From contig JACPTK010000091.1 of NCBI GenBank assembly GCA_016192825.1, forward strand, positions 8,382 to 72,381: a stretch of 64,000 nucleotides of DNA, read 5' to 3'. Source of the DNA: Betaproteobacteria bacterium. GTDB taxonomy: Bacteria > Pseudomonadota > Gammaproteobacteria > Burkholderiales > SG8-41. The notes below the pieces were generated by a model. It searched no databases. It was not told the DNA's origin and saw nothing but the letters and a program-made list of their open reading frames with translations. This document shows, piece by piece, positions 9,105 to 19,961 of this stretch (position 1 is its first letter; each line of letters begins with the position of its first letter). The translations under genes and the position numbers were made by a program.

Positions 9105-10232
9105 CTAGCGCTTGCGTTCTGCGGCGCGCCGCTTTCGGGGCGTCCGCTGCAAGGGGTTCATGAGCGCCGGTTTCCTGCTACGTCCCAAACTCGGGTCTTT
9201 GCTGCTTACGTAATCCATGGCCGGGGGAACGCTCGTTTGCCGGGCCGGCAGCGTATCGTTTTCCCCGACGTATTCGACCAGCGGTTGTAGCGGCGCGCGA
9301 TTCAGATTCAGTGTCAGAACGTCGGGCCGGTTGTAGTGCCCGGCCACGTCGTGGCGCAGTTTCGGGGCGATGATGGCTTCAATGTCGCATTCGGCGTAGA
9401 CAATGCCTTCTTCGCCGGGCGCGACGGTGTCGCTGCACAACCGACCACCGGGCGCGAAGATTCCGGTAAAGCTCATGCACGGCCCCGACATGGCGCGGCG
9501 CTTGTCGTCCGTGTCGGCGACTTTCGCGATGACGCTGTCGTCGATGGCCGCGGAAGCGACGACGTTGAACACCTTCCCTTCGAAGGCGTGCGTGGCTCCC
9601 CGTAGCTCGATTTCCTTGCCGAGGTCGTAACCACCGAGATCGCCGCCGGGCAAGGCCGGGTAGTTGGATACGTGCACCTGTTCCCCTTGCGCGATGAGGG
9701 CAAACCGCGCCAGAGGATTGGCATTCTCGCCGCAGATGAGCGTCCCCAGCTTGCCGAGCGCCGTGTCCAGCACGCGAAGGGTCGATCCGTCCCCGAAACC
9801 CCACACCATCTTTTCGGCATAGGTAGGCATGAGCTTGCGGTGCTTGAGCAGGATTTTTCCCTCCGGCCCGATGACGAGATTGGTGTTATAAAGCGTGCCC
9901 AGCGTATTCACCGGCCGCTCGCTGACACCGATGACCACGTAAGCCCCCGCCCTGCGGGCCGCTTCGCAGAGGCGCGCGGTGGCAGGACTCGGCACCTCGA
10001 CCGCGTTCTTGACGAGCTCGATGAAGTAGGGCGTGGTTCGAAAAGGATTTTCGAGCCGGATCCAGTACGGGTAGCCCGGCAGAAACACCTCCGGAAACGC
10101 GATCAGGTTCGCCCCGGCGCGCGCGGCTTCGGCAATGAGAGAGCATGCCTTGTCCAGGGTAGCCTCACGGTTCAGGAAGACAGGAGCTGCCTGAACTGCG
10201 GCTGCCTTGAATTTCGGAAAGGTATCACCCAT
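9105..10232 (-). CDS. Nitrilase (carbon-nitrogen hydrolase family)
   Basis: FPEVFLPGYP, HRKLMPT and LICGEN give the E-K-C triad; DVAGHYNRPD. Confidence 0.9.
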   Translation of the reverse strand: MGDTFPKFKAAAVQAAPVFLNREATLDKACSLIAEAARAGANLIAFPEVFLPGYPYWIRLENPFRTTPYFIELVKNAVEVPSPATARLCEAARRAGAYVVIGVSERPVNTLGTLYNTNLVIGPEGKILLKHRKLMPTYAEKMVWGFGDGSTLRVLDTALGKLGTLICGENANPLARFALIAQGEQVHVSNYPALPGGDLGGYDLGKEIELRGATHAFEGKVFNVVASAAIDDSVIAKVADTDDKRRAMSGPCMSFTGIFAPGGRLCSDTVAPGEEGIVYAECDIEAIIAPKLRHDVAGHYNRPDVLTLNLNRAPLQPLVEYVGENDTLPARQTSVPPAMDYVSSKDPSLGRSRKPALMNPLQRTPRKRRAAERKR

Positions 10233-10285
10233 CGCAACCTCCTTCCGGGCGCCTATGAGGAGCAAAAAGCAAGAGAGGTTGTTAT

Positions 10286-10966
10286 TTATCTAAGCGCGCC
10301 GAAGATTTTTCTCACGATGTCGCTCGAGGCGCCGAGCGGATTCCTGCGGAACGCCTTTTCCTGCTCGCCGATCATGAAGTAGAGGCCGTCGAGCGCCTTC
10401 TCGGTAACGTAGCGCTCGATGGTGGCCTGGTCTTCCTTCACCAGGCCGAGCGCCGCGCCCTGGCCGGCGAGAGAATTGTACTGCTGCGCCAGTCCCACCC
10501 GGTCCGTCGCTTTCTTGACGATCGGCAGAAACCGCTGCGTGAGCTGGGGGCGCGTGGTGCGCTTGAAGTACTCGGTGCCGGCCGTATCGCCGCCGGTGAG
10601 GATCTTCTTGGCGTCCTGCACGGTCATCTTCTTCACCGAGTCCACCAGCAGCTGCTTCGCTTCCGGCGCCGCCGCTTCCGCGGCGCGGTTCATGGACAGC
10701 ACCAATTCGTCCGCCTGCCGCCGCATGTCGAACGCGCGCATTGCTTTTTCGACCCGCTTGAGCGAGGGCGGGAGCGGAATCTTGACCTGGGGGTTGGCGA
10801 AGTAGCCGTTCTCCACTCCCAGCTTGGCGACGGCGACAAGCGAGCCGTCGTTGAGCGCCTGCCGCAGACCACTCACGGCGTCGGCATTGCTGATGCGGTC
10901 GAGGCCCGCCGCCGGAACGTAACTGCTGATGACAAGCAACGCGAGGAAACTCAGAATAGGGCGCAT
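10286..10966 (-). CDS. DUF4197 family exported protein
   Basis: Signal peptide; GLRQAL, VKIPLP, MNRAAEAA, KALDGLY...EKAFRRNP. Confidence 0.85.
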   Translation of the reverse strand: MRPILSFLALLVISSYVPAAGLDRISNADAVSGLRQALNDGSLVAVAKLGVENGYFANPQVKIPLPPSLKRVEKAMRAFDMRRQADELVLSMNRAAEAAAPEAKQLLVDSVKKMTVQDAKKILTGGDTAGTEYFKRTTRPQLTQRFLPIVKKATDRVGLAQQYNSLAGQGAALGLVKEDQATIERYVTEKALDGLYFMIGEQEKAFRRNPLGASSDIVRKIFGALR

Positions 10967-11107
10967 GGTCGAACCTCCGATGTCTGTTTTCTTCCTGCAG
11001 TCCGAAATGAACAGCCCCCGCAAGCTTATTCTAGTGCCGTTCCAACTGTTTGGGGCTATTCCTGTGCGTTCTGCTCGAACCCATTGTCGCTGGAGTGCAA
11101 GCAAACC

Positions 11108-11617
11108 ATGCTAGGAAAGCGAGTTGGAACGGCACTAGCCGCGATCCTGGTTGCGGCGGTAACGCTGTTGCTGTTCGCGATTTTCACGCCGACCGCCGCC
11201 GCACCGCAAGTGACCTTCGTCTCGCTCAAGGGCGAGAAAACCACGACCGCCGGTCTGCGCGGCAAAGTGGTGCTGGTCAACTTCTGGGCGACCGACTGCC
11301 CGGTCTGCCTCAAGGAAATGCCGGACATGGTGCGAGCCTACGAGCGCTACCGCGACCGGGGCTTCGAGTTCATCGCGGTGGCGATGCGCTACGATCCGCC
11401 GAACTACGTGGTCGCCTACGCCGAGGAGAACCGCCTGCCCTTCACGGTTGCCCTCGACCCGATGGGCGAGCTCGCGCAAGCCTTCGGCGGCGTGAAGCTC
11501 ACGCCGACCACGTTCGTGATCGACAAGCGCGGAAACATCGTGCTGCGCGTGAGCGGCGGGCCCGACTTCGCCAGGCTGACCGCGCTGCTGGAAGAAAAGC
11601 TTAACGAAGCGATTTAA
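11108..11617 (+). CDS. TlpA-like thioredoxin / disulfide reductase
   Basis: N-terminal TM segment; VVLVNFWATDCPVCLKEMP. Confidence 0.9.
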   Translation: MLGKRVGTALAAILVAAVTLLLFAIFTPTAAAPQVTFVSLKGEKTTTAGLRGKVVLVNFWATDCPVCLKEMPDMVRAYERYRDRGFEFIAVAMRYDPPNYVVAYAEENRLPFTVALDPMGELAQAFGGVKLTPTTFVIDKRGNIVLRVSGGPDFARLTALLEEKLNEAI

Positions 11618-11651
11618 TAGACAGGATTAAATCATGTAAATCCTGTCTATT
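11616..11651. terminator. 13-bp inverted repeat between convergent tlpA-like gene and lipA
   Basis: aatagacaggatt ... aatcctgtctatt. Confidence 0.6.
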
Positions 11652-11656
11652 GGCCT

Positions 11657-12595
11657 TTACGTGACGCCGGCCTCGCGCGCCTGTTGATCCGCGTGATACG
11701 AGGAGCGCACCAGCGGGCCGCAGGCGGCGTGCGCGAAGCCCAGTTCGTGCGCCTGCCGCGCAAATGCGTCGAATGCCGCGGGCTCGACGTAACGCGCGAC
11801 CGGCAGGTGGTGCTCGGACGGCCGCAGATACTGGCCGATGGTGAGCATGTCCACGCCGTGGGCGCGCAGATCCCGCATCACCAAAACGATTTCCTCGTCG
11901 GTTTCCCCCAGCCCCACCATGAGTCCGGACTTGGTGGGGATCTGCGGGAACCGCGACTTGAAATCCTTCAGCAACTTCAGCGAATGCCGGTAATCGGCGC
12001 CGGGGCGCGCCTGCTTGTAGAGGCGCGGCACGGTTTCGAGATTGTGGTTCATGACGTCCGGCGGCGAGGCTGACAGCGCGTCAAGCGCGACCTCCAGCCG
12101 GCCGCGGAAGTCCGGCACCAGCACCTCTATTCTCGTCCGGGGCGAGAGCTCGCGCACGGCGCGGATGCAGTCCGCAAAATGCCGCGCGCCGCCGTCCCTG
12201 AGGTCGTCGCGGTCCACGCTGGTGATCACGACGTACTTCAATTTGAGCGCGGCGATGGTCCGTGCGAGGTTGACCGGCTCCCCGCCGTCGGGCGGCAGGG
12301 GCTTGCCGTGGGCGACGTCGCAGAACGGGCAGCGGCGCGTGCAGAGATCGCCGAGTATCATGAAAGTCGCCGTACCCTTGCCGAAGCACTCGCCGATGTT
12401 GGGACAGGTCGCCTCCTCGCACACCGTGTGCAGGCGGTGCTCCCGCAGGATCCGCTTGATCTCCTGGAAGCGCTCGCCGTTTCCGAGGCGCACGCGGATC
12501 CAGTCCGGCTTCGCGAGCGCCGCCGCCGGCACCACCTTGACCGGGATGCGCGCCGTTTTCAGCCGGCCTTTCTGCTTTTCGCCGACTTCGCTCAC
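11657..12595 (-). CDS. lipA: Lipoyl synthase
   Basis: [24 protein letters not shown]; GTG start overlaps the lipB stop. Confidence 0.97.
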   Translation of the reverse strand: MSEVGEKQKGRLKTARIPVKVVPAAALAKPDWIRVRLGNGERFQEIKRILREHRLHTVCEEATCPNIGECFGKGTATFMILGDLCTRRCPFCDVAHGKPLPPDGGEPVNLARTIAALKLKYVVITSVDRDDLRDGGARHFADCIRAVRELSPRTRIEVLVPDFRGRLEVALDALSASPPDVMNHNLETVPRLYKQARPGADYRHSLKLLKDFKSRFPQIPTKSGLMVGLGETDEEIVLVMRDLRAHGVDMLTIGQYLRPSEHHLPVARYVEPAAFDAFARQAHELGFAHAACGPLVRSSYHADQQAREAGVT

Positions 12596-13254
12596 GCGAG
12601 CCTCCGCAATAAATGGTCGAGGAGCTTGTCGCCCAGCACCCCCGCGCCGTCGACGATGCCGAGGTCGCGCGTCTGGGTCACGGCAAGGCCGGAGTAGCCG
12701 CAGGGATCGATCGCGCGGAACGGAGAGAGATCCATGTCGACGTTGAAGGCGAGCCCGTGGTAGCAGCAGCCGTTGCGGATGCGCAGCCCGAGCGCCGCGA
12801 TCTTGGCGTCGCCGACATAAACGCCCGGCGCCTCGATGCGTCCGGCGGCGGCGAGGCCGTAACCGGCGAGCAAGTCTATCACGGCTTTTTCCATCAGCCG
12901 TACCAGCGGGCGCACCGAGAGCCCCCGGCGCCGCATGTCGAGCAGGAGGTAGAGCACTACCTGGCCGGGGCCGTGATACGTGATCTGGCCGCCGCGATCC
13001 GTCCGGATCACGGGGATGCCGTTTTCGGCGCGCGGCAGGTGCTCGTCGCGCCCGGCGATCCCCAGCGTGTACACCGGCGGATGCTCGAGCAGCCACAGTT
13101 CGTCCGCGGAGTCGGTCGAGCGAGCCGAGGTGAATTCCCGCATCGCGCGCCAGGCCGGCTCGTAATCGACGCGCCCGAGCCGGCGCACGTGCACCTCAAG
13201 GGCGTGCTTGCGCATGCCGGCGGGGGTGTCGCTTGCGATAACGGTCGCGGTCAT
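12592..13254 (-). CDS. lipB: Octanoyltransferase
   Basis: [31 protein letters not shown]. Confidence 0.95.
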   Translation of the reverse strand: MTATVIASDTPAGMRKHALEVHVRRLGRVDYEPAWRAMREFTSARSTDSADELWLLEHPPVYTLGIAGRDEHLPRAENGIPVIRTDRGGQITYHGPGQVVLYLLLDMRRRGLSVRPLVRLMEKAVIDLLAGYGLAAAGRIEAPGVYVGDAKIAALGLRIRNGCCYHGLAFNVDMDLSPFRAIDPCGYSGLAVTQTRDLGIVDGAGVLGDKLLDHLLRRLA

Positions 13255-13406
13255 GGTTCACCGGGAACTGCCCGGTTGTCGGATGATAAGAACGGTAGCA
13301 AGATACCGCAACCCAGAAGTTTGTCGGGGTATGTCCGACAACCTTCTCAGCGAGGTCCTGAGCGGCGGTGCTCATACGGCGGCCGTGCAGGTCATTTTGA
13401 GGTGGC

Positions 13407-13889
13407 ATGCAAATGAGCAGGGCGCATGGGCTTTTGATTGCAATATTCGCGCTGGTGAGTCAAACGGCCGCCGCCGAAGCCTCCGGCGACTACGCCACCG
13501 ATCTCGCGACGGTTTATGGCGGCTACCAGCGGATGCTCGGGATGAAGGAAGCGTGCGATGTCGCTGCTCCCGCCGCGCGCCCCGCCAACGAGAAGGCGTT
13601 CGCGGCGTGGCAGGCCCGGCACCGCGCGCTGATCCAGGAGCTGCAGCGCCGCGTCACGGTAATGATCCGCCTTGCCTCCGGTGACGAGAAGGAGTATGCC
13701 CGCAACCTCGGGAAATACGAGGGCGCGATTCTCCAGGAGCGCCAGGAATACCGTGAGACGCTGCTGGGGCTGGGAGCGGAGGAGATGCGCGAGCAGTGCC
13801 AGCGCATGCCGCAGATGCTGAGGGCGCCGGGCGCGGACCTCGGGAAAGTGTACGCGGCCGAGCTCGAAACCATCCGCAAACGCAAATGA
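13407..13889 (+). CDS. Hypothetical exported protein
   Basis: Signal peptide, helical, two Cys; coding-like codon usage. Confidence 0.65.
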   Translation: MQMSRAHGLLIAIFALVSQTAAAEASGDYATDLATVYGGYQRMLGMKEACDVAAPAARPANEKAFAAWQARHRALIQELQRRVTVMIRLASGDEKEYARNLGKYEGAILQERQEYRETLLGLGAEEMREQCQRMPQMLRAPGADLGKVYAAELETIRKRK

Positions 13890-14115
13890 GCAGCCCGCAT
13901 GATCCACAACTGGATGCTTTTTGGGGATCACCTAATCCAACCGCTCGGAGAGGCGGTTACTGCATGCGGGCTTAGCTATTTTTGAACGGTTCAATTTTGA
14001 CACCCGCTTGTTCGTATGTTCCTTAGGCAAGGATTTTGTCGGCTCCGGAGCCGACAAAATCCTTTTGCGTGTACAATTTGCCCGCTGCTTTTTTTGCGGA
14101 CTCGGGAGAACCACG

Positions 14116-14223
14116 ATGGGCAAAGGTGACAAGCGCACGCGCCGCGGCAAGATTTTCCGCGGCAGCTACGGCAAGACGCGGCCGGGACGGAACAAGAAAA
14201 AGAAGGCGTCCAAGAAACAGTGA
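14116..14223 (+). CDS. 30S ribosomal protein THX (bS31)
   Basis: MGKGDKRTRRGKIFRGSYGKTRP signature; GGGAG RBS. Confidence 0.9.
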   Translation: MGKGDKRTRRGKIFRGSYGKTRPGRNKKKKASKKQ

Positions 14224-14263
14224 CCGACGACCCGCAGATCGGGTCACGTCCTTCTTCTCCAGG

Positions 14264-14287
14264 CACGAGTCACGAGCCGCGAGTCAC
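14264..14287. repeat. Heptamer tract CACGAGT x3 just after the ybeD stop
   Basis: cacgagt cacgagc cgcgagt cac. Confidence 0.7.
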
Positions 14288-14291
14288 CGCT

Positions 14292-14558
14292 CTATAGGAC
14301 CATGACCACCATGGGGTGGTCGCACAGGTCCTGGTAGAGGCGGTCGAGCTGCTCGCGCGAGGTGGCTCGGACCACGCAGGTGAGGCTCAAGTACTTGCGG
14401 CGCTTGCTCGCCCTCAACTCGATGGTGGCGCCGTCGAAGTCCGGGGCGTGACGCTTGACGACGTCGAGCACGGCCTGCGCGAATCCCGCCTGTGTATGGC
14501 CCAGGATCTTGATCGGAAAATCGCAGGGGTACTCGAGTAGTTCGGGGTCGGCGTTCAT
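14292..14558 (-). CDS. ybeD: YbeD/DUF493 protein
   Basis: LLEYPCDFPIKILG...KYLSLT...LYQDLCDHPMVVMVL; dac-dat-ybeD-lipB context. Confidence 0.9.
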   Translation of the reverse strand: MNADPELLEYPCDFPIKILGHTQAGFAQAVLDVVKRHAPDFDGATIELRASKRRKYLSLTCVVRATSREQLDRLYQDLCDHPMVVMVL

Positions 14559-15415
14559 GCGGCTTGCCGCATTACGGTGCGCTTGAACTCCTGGAAGGCC
14601 TGATAAAGTGTCCTGAACAGCGCGCCGGGCTTGCCGGCGCCAACCGGCTTGCCGTCGAGCCGGGTGATCGCGAGAACCTCCTTGGAGGAGGAAGTCAGCC
14701 ACAGCTCGTCGGCGCCGCGCACCTCGTCCTCGGCGATTTCGCGAGTTTCCGTCGGGACCTTCTTCATCGCGGCGAGCTCCAGCACCACGTCGTAGGTGAT
14801 GCCCGGCAGCACGAGGTGGTTCTTCGGCGGCGCGAGCAGCGTGCCGTTTTTCACCGCGAACACGTTGCTCGAGGAGCCCTCGGTGAGATAGCCGTCGCGG
14901 AACATCACCACTTCGTCGGCGCCCGCGTCCACCGCGCGCTGGCGCAGCAGGCAGTTCGCGAGGAGCGACGTGACCTTGACGTCGCAGCGCAGCCAGCGGA
15001 AATCGGTGGCGGTGACGGCGGTCGCCCCGCTCTCCACCTGCTCCCGGGACGGCGTCACGAGCGGGTTGGACATCATGAACACGGTCGGCGCCACGTTCTT
15101 GGGAAAGGCGTGATCGCGCTTCGCCGCCCCCCGCGTCACCTGCAGGTAGACCGACTGGTCCTCGCCGGCATGGCGCGCCACGATCTCCTGAACCAGGCGC
15201 GCCCATTCCGCGTCGGTCATGGGGTTCGCGAGCCGGATCGCGTCGAGGCTGCGCTGCAGGCGCCTGAGGTGCTCCGGCAGGCGGAACGGGCGCCGCGAAT
15301 AGACCGGGATGACTTCGTAGACTCCGTCGCCGAAGATGAAGCCCCGATCAAGCACCGAAACCTGCGCTTTTTCGAGGGGCAGGAACTCGCCGTTGAGATA
15401 CGCGGTGTCACTCAT
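14555..15415 (-). CDS. dat: D-amino acid aminotransferase (PLP class IV)
   Basis: DRGFIFGDGVYEV, RWLRCDVK, EGSSSN, LPGIT. Confidence 0.9.
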   Translation of the reverse strand: MSDTAYLNGEFLPLEKAQVSVLDRGFIFGDGVYEVIPVYSRRPFRLPEHLRRLQRSLDAIRLANPMTDAEWARLVQEIVARHAGEDQSVYLQVTRGAAKRDHAFPKNVAPTVFMMSNPLVTPSREQVESGATAVTATDFRWLRCDVKVTSLLANCLLRQRAVDAGADEVVMFRDGYLTEGSSSNVFAVKNGTLLAPPKNHLVLPGITYDVVLELAAMKKVPTETREIAEDEVRGADELWLTSSSKEVLAITRLDGKPVGAGKPGALFRTLYQAFQEFKRTVMRQAA

Positions 15416-15480
15416 TTGGGCTCGCAGAGGATGAGGGCGGCGCCGGCGGGCACCGGCTTCGTTCAGGGTACTTTACATTA

Positions 15481-15508
15481 TAAAACGCCGCTCGCGAGCG
15501 GCGTTTTA
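15481..15508. terminator. 28-bp palindrome overlapping the dacC stop
   Basis: taaaacgccgctcgcgagcggcgtttta. Confidence 0.6.
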
Positions 15509-16642
15509 TCGGAATAGCAGCCGCAGCGCGTCCCAGCCGCGTCCTAAGACGCCCGCCACCGGCACGTGCTCCAGCGCCACCACGGGAACCTCGCGGAACG
15601 GCCTGCCATCGAGCGTGAGCTTCATGGTGCCGATCCGCTGGCCGACTTCAATCGGCGCGAGCAGGGGCTGCATGCTCTCGACGGCGGCCTTCAGCCCGTC
15701 GCTGCTGCCCCTCGGCAGCGTGACGTGAAGGTCGGCGAGAAACCCCGCCTTGACGCTGTTGGCCGTGCCCTTGAAGACCTGCAGCGTGACCACGGGCTGC
15801 TTGCCGGGATGAAGGCGGATGCCGTCGTAGGACTGGAAGCCGTAGTTGAGCAGCTTCTGGCTCTCGGCCGCGCGTGCCGCCTCGCTCGCGGCGCCAAGCA
15901 CGACCGAGAGGAGGCGCCGCTCGCCGCGCCGGGCCGAGGTGATCAGACAGTATCCCGCGTTCTCGGTGTAGCCGGTCTTCATGCCGTCCACGGTGGGGTC
16001 GGTCCACAGCAGGCGATTGCGGTTATGCTGCGTGATGTCGTTGTAGCGGTATTCCTTCCGCGAATAGAGCGGATAGTACTCCGGGAAATCGCGGATCACG
16101 GCAGCCGCGAGCCCGGCGAGGTCCTGCGCGGTGGAAAAATGCTGCGAGTGCGACAGCCCGGTCGAATTGACGAAATGCGTGTTTCCGAGGCCCAGCCTTC
16201 GCGCCTCGCGGTTCATCATCTCGACGAACGCCTCCTCGCTGCCCGCAACCGCCTCGGCCAGCGCGATGGACGCGTCGTTGCCGGATTGCACGATCATGCC
16301 GTGGATGAGTTCGTTCACGGTCACCGGTTTCCTCGGATCGATGAACATGCGCGAGCCCTCGACGTGGCGCGCCAGGCCGGAGACCGCCACCGCCTGATCG
16401 GAGAGGATGCGCTTCTGCTTGAGCGCGGAGAACGCGAGATAGGCCGTCATCAACTTGGTGAGCGAGGCCGGCTCGATTCGCTCCCGGGAATTGTGGGCGG
16501 CAAGCGGCTGCCCGCTGCTGAAATCGAGCAGGAAATAGGCCCTGGCCGCAATCGCCGGAGCGGGCGGGACGGGCAGCGCAGGTTGCTGGGCGAAGAGCGC
16601 GGACGAGACGGCGGACAGCAGGAGCAGCAGAGGCGAGCGCAT
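15506..16642 (-). CDS. dacC: D-Ala-D-Ala carboxypeptidase (PBP5/6)
   Basis: PASLTK, SGN and KTG motifs. Confidence 0.92.
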   Translation of the reverse strand: MRSPLLLLLSAVSSALFAQQPALPVPPAPAIAARAYFLLDFSSGQPLAAHNSRERIEPASLTKLMTAYLAFSALKQKRILSDQAVAVSGLARHVEGSRMFIDPRKPVTVNELIHGMIVQSGNDASIALAEAVAGSEEAFVEMMNREARRLGLGNTHFVNSTGLSHSQHFSTAQDLAGLAAAVIRDFPEYYPLYSRKEYRYNDITQHNRNRLLWTDPTVDGMKTGYTENAGYCLITSARRGERRLLSVVLGAASEAARAAESQKLLNYGFQSYDGIRLHPGKQPVVTLQVFKGTANSVKAGFLADLHVTLPRGSSDGLKAAVESMQPLLAPIEVGQRIGTMKLTLDGRPFREVPVVALEHVPVAGVLGRGWDALRLLFR

Positions 16643-16887
16643 GACCGCGGCGATTATAGCAAACCGCACTCGCGCCCCACAGCGCTTGCCGCGTCGCGTT
16701 GAGGGTGAAAGAATCCGTCGAGGAGCTTGTCTCGGCTCGCCTCGGCAAATTCCTGATGGAAGACGACCCCAATTTGGGTAATGGCTTCGGATGGAATGTT
16801 CCTCTTATGGACTTGCTCGAAGAGGCGGTGAAGCGCGATTGGAAACGCCTTCCAAGCTGTATTACGCGTTTACCCCGGGCGGCGGTC

Positions 16888-17391
16888 TTGATTAAGGAAT
16901 TTGCCGGACTCTGGTCCGGCAAATTCCTTTGGCGGCGCGCATTGCTCCTCGCGCTCGTCGCAGCGGGCGCCGCGGCGCTGGGCGGAGCCGCCCTGGCGCA
17001 GCCGGCGACGGCGAAGGACGCCTGGGTGCGCGCCCCCGCGCCGGGGCAGAAGGTGGCGGTCGCGTACATGGAACTCATCGGGCAATCGCGGTCGGCTCTG
17101 GTTTCGATAGCAACCCCGGTGGCCGCGCGCGCGGAGCTGCACAGGACCGTAATGGAGGGCGGCGTGATGAGGATGCGCCCGGTCGCAAGAATCGAGCTCG
17201 AGGCGGGCAAGACGGTCAAGCTCGAGCCCGGAAGCCTGCACGTGATGCTCCTCGGTCTACGGCGTGCGCTGAAGCCGGGCGAGAAAGTGCCGATTGACCT
17301 TACCGTCGAGCGCACCGACGGGAGCCGCGGGACCATCACCGTTCACGCCGACGTGCGCGAAACCGCCGCGGCAAAGGCGCGCAACCATTGA
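16888..17391 (+). CDS. Copper chaperone PCu(A)C
   Basis: AWVRA, AELH, MRMRPV, HVML; start uncertain because a palindrome lies in the signal-peptide region. Confidence 0.85.
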   Translation: MIKEFAGLWSGKFLWRRALLLALVAAGAAALGGAALAQPATAKDAWVRAPAPGQKVAVAYMELIGQSRSALVSIATPVAARAELHRTVMEGGVMRMRPVARIELEAGKTVKLEPGSLHVMLLGLRRALKPGEKVPIDLTVERTDGSRGTITVHADVRETAAAKARNH

Positions 17392-17447
17392 CAGAATTTC
17401 AGGAAAGTCACTGAAATCAATTGGTTGAATTGCGACTGCCCACCGGC

Positions 17448-17475
17448 CTTGAAATCCCCGGGTAGGCTCCCATAT
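17448..17475 (+). promoter_or_regulatory. Sigma-32 (RpoH) promoter
   Basis: CTTGAAA-N14-CCCATAT upstream of the Hsp20 gene. Confidence 0.75.
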
Positions 17476-17521
17476 GTCGGATGTCGGCGCGCAAGCGCCC
17501 ATTGAACCCAGGAGACCGGAA

Positions 17522-17947
17522 ATGGCAAACATCACACGCTTCAGCCCGTTCGATGACACGCTGGATGACCTGTTCCGCGGTTTTTTCGTGCGCCCGGTGA
17601 GCTATGAAGGCCCGTCCGGCGCCGCGCAGTTCCGCGTGGACGTGTCCGAGAGCGACAGCGCCTATACGCTGCGCGCCGATGTTCCCGGCGTGAAGAAGGA
17701 AGACATCAACGTCACGATCGACGGCGACACGGTCGCGATCAGCGCGGAAGTCAAAAGCGAGAAGGACGTCAAGGATGGCGAGCGCGTACTGCGTTCCGAG
17801 CGCTACTACGGCAAGCTGTACCGCGCGTTCACGCTCGGCCAGGCCGTGGACGAAGCCGGCGCCGGCGCCAAGTACGCGAGCGGCGTGCTGGAACTGACGC
17901 TGCCGAAGAAGGCGGCCGTGCAGGCCAAGCGCATCGCCATCCAGTAA
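17522..17947 (+). CDS. Hsp20/alpha-crystallin small heat-shock protein
   Basis: DVPGVKKEDI, ERYYG, GVLELTLPK; AGGAG RBS. Confidence 0.93.
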   Translation: MANITRFSPFDDTLDDLFRGFFVRPVSYEGPSGAAQFRVDVSESDSAYTLRADVPGVKKEDINVTIDGDTVAISAEVKSEKDVKDGERVLRSERYYGKLYRAFTLGQAVDEAGAGAKYASGVLELTLPKKAAVQAKRIAIQ

Positions 17948-18027
17948 GAAAGCAGCGGCAGGCGCCGCCGTTTTCCCAATCGTACCGATCGGCACGGCCG
18001 AAATCGGAAGTCGAGGGGTCGTACATG

Positions 18028-18065
18028 AAAAAAACGGCAGGTCGAGAGACCTGCTGTTTTTTTTT
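18028..18065. terminator. Intrinsic terminator after Hsp20
   Basis: A-run, cggcaggtc-gaga-gacctgctg, T-run. Confidence 0.75.
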
Positions 18066-18099
18066 GCCGTAGAATAGGCGCCGCTGACCAACCCGATAA

Positions 18100-18996
<897 letters not shown>

Positions 18997-19087
18997 GAAT
19001 TCGCCAGACGGCTCCGGCGAATTCCTGAACTGAAATACTTTTGACAGGCACCCCATCGCTGCGGCGCGGACTCGGGACACGTAAAAA

Positions 19088-19729
19088 ATGTGGGGGCGCG
19101 CGTGGATTTTTGATTTGGATAACACCCTTCATAACGCGCGACCCCACATTTTTCCGCACATCAATCGCGCGATGACGGCATACCTCCAGGCGCACCTCGG
19201 CCTGGACGAGGCCGCCGCCGGCGAGTTGCGGCGGCACTACTGGACGCGCTACGGGGCGACGCTGCTCGGCCTCATGCGCCACCATGACACCGACCCCCGG
19301 CATTTCCTCTGGCACACGCACCAGCTGCCGGAGCTCGGCCGGATGCTCGTGCACGAGCCGCAGCTGCGGGCGACATTGAGGCGCCTGCCCGGGAGAAAGC
19401 TCGTGTTCTCGAACGCGCCGGTTCACTACTCGCGGGCGGTGCTGAAGGCGCTCGCGATCGCCGATCTCTTCGACGACGTGTTCACGATCGAGCGCACGCG
19501 CTACCGTCCCAAGCCCGACAGCGCCGGGTTCACGCGGTTGTGTCGCGCCCACCATCTGAAGCCGCAACGCTGTATCATGGTGGAGGACTCCCTCGACAAT
19601 CTGCGTACCGCCGGCCGGCTCGGCATGAAAACGGTGTGGGTGACCGGGGCGGCCCGGGCGCCGGGCTACGTGGACGTCAGGATCGCGAATCTGACGCAGT
19701 TGCCCCGTATGCTGGCGTATTTACAATAG
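19088..19729 (+). CDS. Pyrimidine 5'-nucleotidase (HAD family)
   Basis: FDLDNTL, PKP, VEDS; argB-HAD-slmA context. Confidence 0.9.
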   Translation: MWGRAWIFDLDNTLHNARPHIFPHINRAMTAYLQAHLGLDEAAAGELRRHYWTRYGATLLGLMRHHDTDPRHFLWHTHQLPELGRMLVHEPQLRATLRRLPGRKLVFSNAPVHYSRAVLKALAIADLFDDVFTIERTRYRPKPDSAGFTRLCRAHHLKPQRCIMVEDSLDNLRTAGRLGMKTVWVTGAARAPGYVDVRIANLTQLPRMLAYLQ

Positions 19730-19961
19730 GTAGGAGTCTGCCGGGCTTCAGCCTCGACAGACTCCTGAAATAAAATGCATTATCGAACGGCGTGAAAAGA
19801 ACGCCCTGCAAGTGAAGTTTGTGCCGGCCGGGAAAGCAAATCGACAGGTAAGGATTGTTTCTTAAGCAGCCTGTCGCTGAAGGGTCGATCAACAGCGATG
19901 AATTGACGCTACACACTCTGGTGACTCGGCCCAAGTGCGACAGGCTGCTGGCGAGACCGAG

